Positions 9,106 to 17,534 of a DNA stretch of 64,000 bases are shown here, one piece after another (position 1 is the stretch's first letter; each line of letters opens with the position of its first letter). Position numbers and translations under genes: made by a program. The DNA is from Pseudomonadota bacterium (GTDB lineage Bacteria > Pseudomonadota > Gammaproteobacteria > Chromatiales > Chromatiaceae). A model generated the notes under the pieces. That model had not been told where the DNA came from. It saw only the letters and a list, made by a program, of their open reading frames with translations, and did not search any database. Location: positions 6,243-70,242 of the forward strand of contig JAYEJW010000243.1 in the NCBI GenBank assembly GCA_034716535.1, written 5' to 3'.

Positions 9106-9120
9106 GCAATTCCCGCGCCA
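9106..9120 (-). promoter_or_regulatory. Sigma-54 (RpoN) -24/-12 promoter of the molybdoenzyme operon
   Basis: The minus strand reads TGGCGC-GGGAA-TTGC. This matches the consensus TGGCAC-N5-TTGC with exact spacing and conserved GG/GC dinucleotides. It lies 55-69 nt upstream of the alpha ATG (9051). A sigma-54 activator gene flanks the operon. Confidence 0.6.
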
Positions 9121-9170
9121 TGAACGAATTACCTAAGATTGTTAATGAGTTACGCTTGGCTCAAGCGGGT

Positions 9171-9317
9171 GAAACTCCACCGCACTGAAGTTTCGTGTGT
9201 CGGCCGCAAACTATCGTCAAAGCCAAAACGTACTAATAATGAAGGAGTTGCCTCGTTGAAACGGGGTTTCACAAGGGAAATGGGGTTTCCCGGCCAAGCT
9301 AGCCGTCTCACCGAAAC
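9171..9317. promoter_or_regulatory. Field of GAAAC/GTTTC inverted repeats; candidate enhancer (UAS) sites for the sigma-54 activator
   Basis: GAAACT-N12-AGTTTC (9171-9194), GAAAC-GGG-GTTTC (9258-9270), GGAAA-TGGGG-TTTCC (9276-9290), and GAAAC again at 9313-9317. GGGGTTTC is repeated 19 nt apart. The field is located 50-200 nt upstream of the RpoN promoter. An AT-rich tract (9127-9150) between them could be a bending site. Confidence 0.3.
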
Positions 9318-9507
9318 GTGGGCAGATTTGACTCTTGTCAAAGCGTCCCCCCGGCCTACCGTCAGGCCAAGATGAAACGCATGGGTACGGGGCCGGAGCT
9401 GGGCCGTTCGCAGAAGTGTTTCTTAAACCCGCTGCCAGCCCTGCGGCGGCATCAGGATTTGGGGGGTGGGTGGGTTTCCAGCAAATGCCCCGGGAATCTT
9501 GTGGCTC

Positions 9508-9542
9508 AAAAAAAGAAAGCCCGCCGATTGGCGGGCTTTTTT
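9508..9542. terminator. Bidirectional rho-independent terminator (ends the SCP2 gene transcript on the minus strand)
   Basis: AAAAAAA-G-AAAGCCCGCC-GATT-GGCGGGCTTT-TTT: a perfect 10-bp stem with a 4-nt loop, an A-run on one side and a T-run on the other. It lies 21 nt downstream of the SCP2 stop. Confidence 0.8.
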
Positions 9543-9562
9543 CTGCCGGACGGAATCGTCGC

Positions 9563-9976
9563 TCAGCCGAGCTCGTCCGCGCCGATCTTCTGCATCAGGC
9601 CGAAGCTCTTGACGAAGGGGCCGGCCATGCGCGGGTCCTTCATCATTGCCTTGTAGTCACCGACCTTGAACTTGAGCTTGCCGGTCGCATAGGAGGTGCC
9701 CAGCCCCATCATGCCGATGCCCTTCTTCACCCACTTGAGCCAGTCATCCATATCGGCACGCATATCCCAATCGGCGGTCTCGCCGTTCCAGTCGCCCGCA
9801 CGTGTACACACGCCGTTTTCAACGACAAAGACCCCGCGGGGGTTGTCCTCGTTCTTGAACCCGCAGCAGATCACGGAGTTGAAACCGATCTCGGCCAACT
9901 TGTCCTTGACCCCGGGATCGCCGTTCCAGGCGTCCATGAGCTGCTTCATCCACTCGTCGGAAAAAAGTGCGGCCAT
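9563..9976 (-). CDS. SCP2 (sterol-carrier-protein-2-like) lipid-binding fold protein
   Basis: I take the internal start MAALFSDEWMKQL at 9976 (SD GGAGGA 8 nt upstream). The upstream 63 codons of the track ORF are Arg-rich junk. The C-terminal GKLKFKVGDYKAMMK...F is SCP2-like. Confidence 0.65.
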   Translation of the reverse strand: MAALFSDEWMKQLMDAWNGDPGVKDKLAEIGFNSVICCGFKNEDNPRGVFVVENGVCTRAGDWNGETADWDMRADMDDWLKWVKKGIGMMGLGTSYATGKLKFKVGDYKAMMKDPRMAGPFVKSFGLMQKIGADELG

Positions 9977-10315
9977 TTCGTTTTGTCCTCCAGGTACGCG
10001 GTAACAGGCGCCGCCGCGCACGGGTCGGCTACGGCGGCAGGGGGTACTGTTGTGGTTTTGACGCGGGTGGCGCCGCGCCTTAGCCATGCGAATTCTAACA
10101 GGATGGCGGAAAAAGCATATGCGTAGAGCCCCTCTTTTCGCCCCTGACGCGCGGTGGCGACGCAATTTAATGATTTTGAAAGTGAAAAAGCGCGTCTGGG
10201 ATGCTGTACGGGGATCTGTACTTGCTGTTGGGAGAGACTCTGCTCACGGAGGACTTCTCCGTCGGGGACAAACGGACGCGAGGCGAGCATTTCGCGCAGA
10301 CTTGTGCGCCGACCG

Positions 10316-11836
10316 CTAAGCGAATTCGAGCTTGAGTCCCGCCGCCTTCAGGCGCTCTGCCTCCTGCTCCAACTCCAGGCGGGTTAAGGGGTGCTGCTCC
10401 AACCAGTCGTCGGGAAAATCGAGTCGCAGCCGCTCGCCGATGGCGCTGAGCATGGGATGCGGCTTGTTGGTGGGGGACCGCCCCCTGTGCAGCAGTACCG
10501 CCAGGCGCAGGATGACGCATAGGTGCCGCGCGCAGTCCTGTACTGGCCGTGGCAGGCCGAGGAACTCCTGAACCGGGAACTTGCGTCGGTGCCCGAGCAC
10601 GAGGGCCGCGAGCACGGCCTGCTCCTGACGGGTGAAGCCGGAGAGGTCCGCGTTACGTAGGAGGTAGGCGCCGTGCTTCTGATACTGGCTGTGCGCAACC
10701 ATGAGCCCGATCTCAAACAGGCGTGCCGACCAGCCGAGGATGCTGGGGTAGTTGGGGTTGTCTAGAGACCAGGCCTGGGCGACTTGGCCGAACAGAGAGA
10801 GCGCCGTGGTCTGCACCCGGGCGGCGTGGTCCTCGTCGATCCCGAAGCGCTGGCTCAGGGAGCTGACGGTGCGCTCGCGCACGTCTTCGTGGCGGATGCG
10901 GCCCATCATCTCGTAGATGAGCCCTTCGCGCAGCGCCTCGTCCGAGACCTGTATGTGCTCGATACCGAGATTGGTGAACAGTGACCGCAACACCGCGACA
11001 CCGCCGGCGAAGACGGGTTTGCGCTCTTCGGCCAGACCTTTGAGGTCGATGTCCGAGGCATTGCCGAAGTTGATCAGGGCCTTGCGTAGATTCGTGAGGG
11101 AGTCGGCCGAGATGCCGTCCTGGCACCAGCCTTGAGCCGCCACGACGGCGGCGATGGCCTTAATGGTGCCGGAGCTGCCGACCGCGTTGCGCCAGCCCGA
11201 ATGGCGGAAAAGCTCTCGAACGGGCCGCACTTCCAGCGCCCCTGCGAGCTCGGCTCTGTCCATGCTCTTCGCCGTGATCTTGCCGCTCGGGAACTGCTGG
11301 CGCGACATGCTCACGCAACCCATGTGCAGGCTTTCGCGCAGCCTCGGGGTGAAACCTTCCCCGACGATGAGCTCGGTGCTGCCGCCGCCGATATCCACCA
11401 CCAACCGCCGCTCGTCTCCCGCCGCCAACCCGTTGGCGACCCCCAGATAGATCAAGCGCGCCTCTTCCCGGCCGGCGATGACGTCGATGGGATGACCCAA
11501 TGCCCGTTCGGCGTGCTCCAGGAACCCCGTCTCGGGGCGCACCTGGCGCAGGGTGTTGGTCCCTACGGCGAGCACGCTGCCCGACGGCATACCGCGCAGA
11601 CGCTGGCCGAAACGCTCCAGGCAGGCGAGCGCCCGCTCCGCAACTTCGGGGCGCAAGAGCTTGTTCTCGGTGAGCCCCTCACCCAGGCGCACCATCTCCT
11701 TTATGCGATCGATCGCCTGCAGGTGTCCTTCATTGACCCGGGCAACGATCATGTGAAAACTGTTGGAACCCAGGTCGATCGCCGCCACCGTCTCAGGAAG
11801 GGACGCTTCGATGCGTTGGGAGGGCTCTGCAGGCAT
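10316..11836 (-). CDS. ppx: Exopolyphosphatase / guanosine pentaphosphate phosphohydrolase (Ppx/GppA family)
   Basis: AAIDLGSNSFHMIVARV and DIGGGSTELI are ASKHA phosphate-binding motifs. The C-terminal region is HD-like. The start is uncertain: ATG at 11836, or the longest-ORF start at 11896. Confidence 0.85.
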   Translation of the reverse strand: MPAEPSQRIEASLPETVAAIDLGSNSFHMIVARVNEGHLQAIDRIKEMVRLGEGLTENKLLRPEVAERALACLERFGQRLRGMPSGSVLAVGTNTLRQVRPETGFLEHAERALGHPIDVIAGREEARLIYLGVANGLAAGDERRLVVDIGGGSTELIVGEGFTPRLRESLHMGCVSMSRQQFPSGKITAKSMDRAELAGALEVRPVRELFRHSGWRNAVGSSGTIKAIAAVVAAQGWCQDGISADSLTNLRKALINFGNASDIDLKGLAEERKPVFAGGVAVLRSLFTNLGIEHIQVSDEALREGLIYEMMGRIRHEDVRERTVSSLSQRFGIDEDHAARVQTTALSLFGQVAQAWSLDNPNYPSILGWSARLFEIGLMVAHSQYQKHGAYLLRNADLSGFTRQEQAVLAALVLGHRRKFPVQEFLGLPRPVQDCARHLCVILRLAVLLHRGRSPTNKPHPMLSAIGERLRLDFPDDWLEQHPLTRLELEQEAERLKAAGLKLEFA

Positions 11837-11939
11837 AGGTTTTCTCGGCGTGAAAAACGGTGCGGATGGTACCAGGATCGCCCCGGAAGAAGACACAGTA
11901 ACCAGGATTCGTTAGTGACACGGCCACGGGGGGCTGAAG

Positions 11940-12293
11940 ATGGTGAAAGAAAGTCGGCTAGGTGCAGATTCCGGCGTTTCCTGCCCGTTGCCTCAGGCGC
12001 CGGATTTTTCGGGTATCACCTTGGTGAAGCTGCATCCGAGACCGGTGCTCGCCGATTACCTGGCAGCGATGCAGCTGGCGAACGCGGAGGCGGCCGAGCG
12101 TCTGGGAGACTATATGTTGCTGTCCTGGTACGACCGCGATCGCGACTTCGAATCGCCGCAGCATTCGAGCGAGTGCCACCAAGCGAGCGCGGTCCCCGGC
12201 TACGTGGACTACGGCATACATCACGGGGCCACCTTGATGGTAGACATTGAGGACGGGCGCTTCGTCTTCTTCTATCTGCCGGTCTCTATCTAG
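11940..12293 (+). CDS. Conserved hypothetical small protein
   Basis: 117-aa ORF with non-shadow composition (LLSWYDRDRDFESPQHSSEC...PGYVDYGIHHGATLMVDIEDGRFVFFYLP). It occupies an otherwise empty gap and is divergent from ppx. I recall seeing this YDR..ESP / C...PG pattern in small uncharacterised proteins. The start is uncertain. Confidence 0.45.
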   Translation: MVKESRLGADSGVSCPLPQAPDFSGITLVKLHPRPVLADYLAAMQLANAEAAERLGDYMLLSWYDRDRDFESPQHSSECHQASAVPGYVDYGIHHGATLMVDIEDGRFVFFYLPVSI

Positions 12294-12437
12294 TTTTGGA
12301 TTCCGGACGCTTTAACCATTCGGGTAGACGCTGAACTCATGACCGGAGCGCCCAGCACCACGCCTTCGCGCGCAAGGGTGCTCCGCTGGAGAACCGGTTG
12401 GAGAACCTCTACAGCCTGATGCCGCGAGGAGAGAAAC

Positions 12438-12477
12438 CGCAAGACGGGGGCGTTTGTTTCGCCGTCCCCGTCTTGCG
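12438..12477 (-). terminator. Stem-loop downstream of the RRM gene; probable terminator
   Basis: CGCAAGACGGGG-N16-CCCCGTCTTGCG, a perfect 12-bp stem. On the minus strand it is followed by GTTTCTCTCC. It lies 39 nt after the RRM gene stop. Confidence 0.45.
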
Positions 12478-12515
12478 CGGCAGTCACGCCGGTCCGGCGC
12501 TGCTGCCGCCTAGAA

Positions 12516-12791
12516 TCACCACCGTGGTCCGCGTGAAGGACGCTCGCCGCGGGGTTTGGCCTGGTTGACTTTGATGGTGCGGCCCTTCAGGGCCGTCTCG
12601 TTCAGCCCCTTGATGGCGGCATCTGCCTCCGCGTTGTTCGACATCTCGACGAAGCCGAAGCCTTTGGATTGGCCGGAGAATTTGTCGGTGATCACGCTGA
12701 CGCTGGAGATTTCACCATAGGCCGCGAAAGCCTGCTTCAGATCGTCTTCGGTAACGCTGTAAGCCAGATTGCCTACGTAAATGTTCATCAA
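12516..12791 (-). CDS. RRM-type (RNP-1/RNP-2) RNA-binding protein
   Basis: RNP-2 NIYVGNL and RNP-1 KGFGFVEM, with an Arg/Gly-rich tail. The start is M1 or M2 (MMNIYV). Confidence 0.85.
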   Translation of the reverse strand: MMNIYVGNLAYSVTEDDLKQAFAAYGEISSVSVITDKFSGQSKGFGFVEMSNNAEADAAIKGLNETALKGRTIKVNQAKPRGERPSRGPRW

Positions 12792-12971
12792 GTTTCGCTC
12801 TCTTTAGGACTTGTGCATTGGCATAGTGAGAAAACGGTCGAGTAATCAATGCACAACTTAAACGACGGTCGAAGGGAACCCCTGAGTATCTCAGCGGTAC
12901 CCTAAATACAGTATGTGCGCGCCATTTTCAAGGTCAATGAGCCTCATCCGGCGCTGTTTGGCGTGCAAGAC

Positions 12972-14225
12972 CTATAGGGTGCGGTCGTCGCGACGCCGCT
13001 GCTGCCGGCCGGAGCGGTTTCCGCTCCGATTGTTTCGACGACGCGGCGGCGCGTCAGAATGCCGTGAAGGCTCCGCTGTACCTGTGCGGCTGCCGCCGAG
13101 CAGCTCAAAGCCGTCGACGTGCTGCAGCGGGATGTCCCGCCGCAGCAACCGCTGGATGTCGATGAGCATCTTGTTCTCCTCCGGACTGACCAGGGACAAG
13201 GCGGTGCCGTCGGCTCCTGCGCGGCCGGTACGGCCGATTCGGTGGACGTAGTCCTCAGGCACGTTGGGCAGCTCGAAGTTGACCACGTGAGGCAGGCGGT
13301 CGATGTCCAGACCGCGGGCGGCGATGTCGGTGGCCACCAGGGCGCGGACCTCACCCTGCTTGAAGTCCCGCAGGGCACGCGTGCGGGCGCTCTGACTCTT
13401 GTTACCGTGGATGGCAGCAGCGCTGATGCCGTCGCGCACGAGTTGATCCGAGAGCCGGTTGGCGCCGTGTTTGGTGCGGGTGAAGACCAGTACCTGCTCC
13501 CAGCTGCCGCTATGGATCAGGTGTGAGAGCAGCTCGCGTTTGCGCCCCTTTTCCACCGGGTGTGCGACCTGGCTCACGCCCTCGGCGGCGGTGTTGCGGT
13601 GGGCCACCTCGATAAGGACCGGGTCGCGCAGCAGACGGTTGGCGAGCTGCTCGATCTCTCGAGAGTAGGTGGCCGAGAATAACAGGTTCTGGCGCGTTTT
13701 GGGGAGCAGGGCCAGAATGCGGCGGATGTCGTGGATGAAACCCATGTCCAGCATCCGGTCCGCCTCGTCCAGCACCAGGATCTCGATGCGGGACAGGTCC
13801 AGGGTCCGCCGGCCGGCATGGTCCAGCAGTCGGCCCGGCGTGGCCACTACAAGATCCACGCCGCGGCGTAGGCGATCGATCTGCGGCTGCATGCCGACGC
13901 CGCCGAAGATAACGGCCGAGCGAAGAGGCAGATGCTTGCCATAGGTGTGCACGCTCTCACTCACCTGGGCGGCCAGCTCCCGGGTCGGGGTCAGCACTAG
14001 GGCGCGTGGGTGACGGGTCCTGTTTGGACTCTGATTCAGCAACTGCAGCATCGGCAGCGTGAAGGCGGCAGTCTTGCCGGTGCCGGTCTGTGCCCCGGCG
14101 AGGATATCCTTCCCGGCGCGGACCTCGGGGATGGCCCGGGCCTGGATCGGCGTGGGATTGGCATAGCCTTGCGCGGCTACGGCGCGCAGCAGTTCGGCCG
14201 ATAGGCCGAGAGATTCGAATGACAT
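12972..14225 (-). CDS. rhlE: DEAD-box ATP-dependent RNA helicase, RhlE-like
   Basis: Q-motif PTPIQ, motif [16 protein letters not shown] (VLDEADRM), [13 protein letters not shown], and a basic C-terminal tail. Confidence 0.9.
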   Translation of the reverse strand: MSFESLGLSAELLRAVAAQGYANPTPIQARAIPEVRAGKDILAGAQTGTGKTAAFTLPMLQLLNQSPNRTRHPRALVLTPTRELAAQVSESVHTYGKHLPLRSAVIFGGVGMQPQIDRLRRGVDLVVATPGRLLDHAGRRTLDLSRIEILVLDEADRMLDMGFIHDIRRILALLPKTRQNLLFSATYSREIEQLANRLLRDPVLIEVAHRNTAAEGVSQVAHPVEKGRKRELLSHLIHSGSWEQVLVFTRTKHGANRLSDQLVRDGISAAAIHGNKSQSARTRALRDFKQGEVRALVATDIAARGLDIDRLPHVVNFELPNVPEDYVHRIGRTGRAGADGTALSLVSPEENKMLIDIQRLLRRDIPLQHVDGFELLGGSRTGTAEPSRHSDAPPRRRNNRSGNRSGRQQRRRDDRTL

Positions 14226-14464
14226 GGTGCTCCTGGGTCGGCCTACCCAGGATCACTGGGCCGGTCTAGGCGGGATGACGATAGACGTTCGGGATGAGCC
14301 TGAAAAGGAGGGAATCAACCGCGAGACGGGTGCGCAGACCGGACAGCGCATAATCAGGGCGCGAGTATAACCGACAAGGACATTTGGTAAACAGAAATAT
14401 TCCCAACGGCCCTGCCAGGCGTTTGGATTCGTCGTGGGCGCTGAGGAGCCCGGCGCGCTCGGAC

Positions 14465-15589
14465 TCAAGAGGTGGTGGGGGAGGGGACTCCGAGTGCCTC
14501 CAGATAGTGGTGCGCGCTCTTGGCCTGGTTGTAGTCGGCCACCGCGGCCTTCAGGGTCTCGGGGGACAGGCGCCGGTCCAGTGTTTCAGCCATGGCCCGA
14601 GCGAGCGCTTCCACGTCTCCCACGGGGACCAGCGGGCCGAAGCGACCGCCGTCCAACAGCTCCCGCGGTCCGCTCGGGCAGTCCGTGGACACCACGGGCG
14701 TGCCGAGTGCCATGGCCTCGGTGAGCACGTTGGGGGAGCCTTCCCAGGCGGAGGAGAGCACGAAGAGCGCCGCTCTGGCGACGAACGGAAAGGGGTTGCG
14801 CTGGAAGCCGGGCAGGTCCACATCCTCGCCAAGGTCCAGCTCTGCAATGAGCCTCTGCAGACCCTCCCGGCCACCGCCTTCCCCCAGGATGACGAGTCGG
14901 CTGGGGCGCTGCTCCCTGATCCGGGCGAAAGAACGGATCAGGGTCGGGAAGTCTTTCTGGCGCTGGAAGCGTCCCGCGCCCAGGATCACCGGCGGTTGCC
15001 CTTGCTCGAACCAGGGGTGGGGGCAGGGCTCTGCGGCCAGGTCCATGAGCTCCGGTGTGATGACGGGGTTTCGGATGACCCGGATGCGGTCCCGCGGCAT
15101 GTGCGCGACGGTGGCCGTGTCCTCGGCGACCCCTTCCGAGACCGCGACGATCTGATCCACTTTCGGATACAGCCAGCGGATCGGCAGGTATCGCAGCCAG
15201 CGTTCCGGAGGCGACTTGTCTGCCATGGCAGTGGACAGGTTGGTGCCGAGGCGCATGAGGATGGGGGTATCGGTACCGGCCAGGCGGCGCGCCAGCACGG
15301 CCGCGCGTCCCGCCCTGTCTTTGGCGGCCAAGAGGGCCGCTGGGCGACGCTCGCGCAGGTAACGCGCGAGGGCCGGCAGGGCGAGGAAGGTATGATCTGT
15401 CTTGAGGCGAACGACATTCACCTCCGGTGGGAGCCGCTCCAGGTGCGGACTCTGGGCGCGCACCAGCACTAGATCTACGGCCCGTCCCAGGTCCACGAAG
15501 CCGCGGATCAGGCTCACGACCATGCGCTCCACCCCGCCGGTCCCGGAGAAAGAAACAAAGACGGCGATGGGGCGGTTCTTTCCGGACAT
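14465..15589 (-). CDS. Glycosyltransferase, GT4 (GT-B fold) family
   Basis: 374 aa. N-terminal VFVSFSGTGGVERMV. The C-terminal half has the EGSPNVLTEAMALGTPVVSTD (E-x7-E region) typical of GT4 enzymes. Confidence 0.8.
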   Translation of the reverse strand: MSGKNRPIAVFVSFSGTGGVERMVVSLIRGFVDLGRAVDLVLVRAQSPHLERLPPEVNVVRLKTDHTFLALPALARYLRERRPAALLAAKDRAGRAAVLARRLAGTDTPILMRLGTNLSTAMADKSPPERWLRYLPIRWLYPKVDQIVAVSEGVAEDTATVAHMPRDRIRVIRNPVITPELMDLAAEPCPHPWFEQGQPPVILGAGRFQRQKDFPTLIRSFARIREQRPSRLVILGEGGGREGLQRLIAELDLGEDVDLPGFQRNPFPFVARAALFVLSSAWEGSPNVLTEAMALGTPVVSTDCPSGPRELLDGGRFGPLVPVGDVEALARAMAETLDRRLSPETLKAAVADYNQAKSAHHYLEALGVPSPTTS

Positions 15590-15694
15590 GTTCAGCGTCG
15601 TTGCGGCGGACCTTTACTCGCGGCATTCTAACGAAGACCTTGCGGTCCCTGTGCTATATTCCAGCGCCTGCCGCACTTCAGCCCTCCACACGCC

Positions 15695-17380
15695 ATGAGC
15701 GACCCTGCAGCGCCTGTCGTCCAGAACGAGTACAAGCCGGCCTGGACCCTGCTCGTCGGCGTGCTCCTGATCGCCGCCGCCTACCTCTTCCCGGGACTTG
15801 TTGGCCACGATCCCTGGAAGCAGGATGAGGCCTATTCCTTCGGCATCATCTACAACATGTACGACACGGGGGATCTGGTCGTTCCCACCCTAGCGGCGGA
15901 TCCCTTCATGGAAAAGCCGCCGGCCTATTACATCACCGCGACCGGAATGGTCCATCTGCTGGACGACTGGCTTCCCCTGCACGACGCCGCACGGCTGACG
16001 ACAGCCATCTATCTCGGACTCGCCTTCCTGTTCACGGGGCTCCTGGCCCACGCCACCTGGGGGCGCGGCTACGGCGCGCTCGGCGTGCTGTTTCTTATCT
16101 CCACCTTGGGCCTGCTACAGCACGGCCACTACATGATCACCGATATCGCCTTGACGGCGGGCATGGCCATGGCGTTTTACGGCCTTCTGCGGGCCCGCGG
16201 GAGCGTCGGTTGGGGTGGTCTTTGGTTGGGCACCGGGGCGGGGCTTGCCTTCCTGTCCAAGGGGCTGTTGGGACCGGGGATTCTAGGGGTGAGCGCATTG
16301 CTGCTGGTCATGTTCCGTCCCTGGCGCACGAGCCGCTATGCAAAGGCGTTGATGGTCGCTGCGGCGGTGGCGCTGCCCTGGCTGCTGATCTGGCCCACGG
16401 CGCTGTATCTGGATTCCGAAGAGCTCTTCATGCGCTGGTTCTGGGACAACAACTTCGGTCGTTATCTGGGATTCGTGGAGCTGGGTCCGCCGTCCAAGGA
16501 CCTGTTCTGGCTGCGTACCCTGCCCTGGGTGACCTTTCCGACGCTGCTGGTGGCCCTGTGGACCCTGTGGCGGCGGCGACAGGACGCCTTCGCCAATGAC
16601 GGAGTGCGCGTCGCGCTTGTCGCCTCCGTGGTGGGCTGGGGGGTACTCTTCGCCGCCCACACCGCGCGGGATCTCTATGCCATGCCGCTGCTGCCCTTGC
16701 TGGCGGTGGTGGCGGCGGGTGCCGTGCGCAGTCTGCCCCGCTGGGTCGTGAGCGGTATCTACTGGTTCAGCGCCGTCCTGTTCGGGTTGCTGGCGGCTGC
16801 CCTGTGGGCACTGTGGCTCTATGGTGTGACCAAGGGTCAGCCGCCGCAGCTCTCGGTACTTGGAAAGTACCTGCCGCTGGATTTCGAGCCCTCCTGGCGC
16901 TGGGGGGCTTTCATCATGGCGCTCGTGCTGCAGATCTGCTGGGCCTGGATTCTCAGCCGATATCGGCCCGGGCGGCCCGCTGCGCTGCTTGCTTGGCCCG
17001 CCGGATTGATTCTGGCGTGGGGCATCGTCGCCACCCTGCACCTGCCCTGGATCGATCACGGGAAAAGCTACCGCTCCGTATTCGTCGAGCTGAAACAGGC
17101 CCTGCCTGCCGCGTACGATTGCGTTGCCGATCTTCGGGAGATGCGCCTGCGCGAGTCCGAGCGCGGCATGCTGCACTATGTGGCCGGTGTCACGACCCAG
17201 CATATCGAGCGTCCGCAGGACACGGACTGCGACATCATTCTCGTCGAGGCAAGGCTGCGTACCCATGGGGCCGACGTGGAACTCGGCCCCGGATGGCGCC
17301 GCATCTGGGAGGGCCAGCGCCCCGGGGACCGGAGGGATCTGTTCGTTCTTTTCCAACGCGTCGGGCCGAGCGGCTCTTGA
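15695..17380 (+). CDS. ArnT/PMT-like membrane glycosyltransferase (GT39/GT83-type)
   Basis: 561 aa with more than 10 predicted TM helices. The first loop contains HDPWKQDEAYSFGIIYNM, DE-containing as in ArnT/PMT. It is divergent from the GT4 gene. Confidence 0.75.
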   Translation: MSDPAAPVVQNEYKPAWTLLVGVLLIAAAYLFPGLVGHDPWKQDEAYSFGIIYNMYDTGDLVVPTLAADPFMEKPPAYYITATGMVHLLDDWLPLHDAARLTTAIYLGLAFLFTGLLAHATWGRGYGALGVLFLISTLGLLQHGHYMITDIALTAGMAMAFYGLLRARGSVGWGGLWLGTGAGLAFLSKGLLGPGILGVSALLLVMFRPWRTSRYAKALMVAAAVALPWLLIWPTALYLDSEELFMRWFWDNNFGRYLGFVELGPPSKDLFWLRTLPWVTFPTLLVALWTLWRRRQDAFANDGVRVALVASVVGWGVLFAAHTARDLYAMPLLPLLAVVAAGAVRSLPRWVVSGIYWFSAVLFGLLAAALWALWLYGVTKGQPPQLSVLGKYLPLDFEPSWRWGAFIMALVLQICWAWILSRYRPGRPAALLAWPAGLILAWGIVATLHLPWIDHGKSYRSVFVELKQALPAAYDCVADLREMRLRESERGMLHYVAGVTTQHIERPQDTDCDIILVEARLRTHGADVELGPGWRRIWEGQRPGDRRDLFVLFQRVGPSGS

Positions 17381-17534
17381 GGACGCGCTGATATACCTAG
17401 CGATTCCTTTGATCCTCTTTGACCTGGAAGCCTTGTTTCGTAACGGATTGGCGCAAGGTAGACTTTCAATTGCACGAGCGTCGACCAAAGCGCGTAGGCG
17501 CAAACAGCCAATGGCTTCTTAACGAAGGTTTCCG

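Noticed and set aside
5035-9123. Plus-strand ORFs 5035-6126, 6805-7809 and 7909-9123 opposite the molybdoenzyme beta and alpha genes
   Set aside because: They are antisense to genes carrying Fe-S, Tat and molybdopterin signatures, and have no motifs of their own.
16283-17503. 406-aa minus-strand ORF opposite the ArnT-like gene
   Set aside because: The plus-strand product has coherent TM topology and the ArnT/PMT loop motif, whereas the antisense product is a Pro/Arg/Gly/Gln-rich polypeptide.
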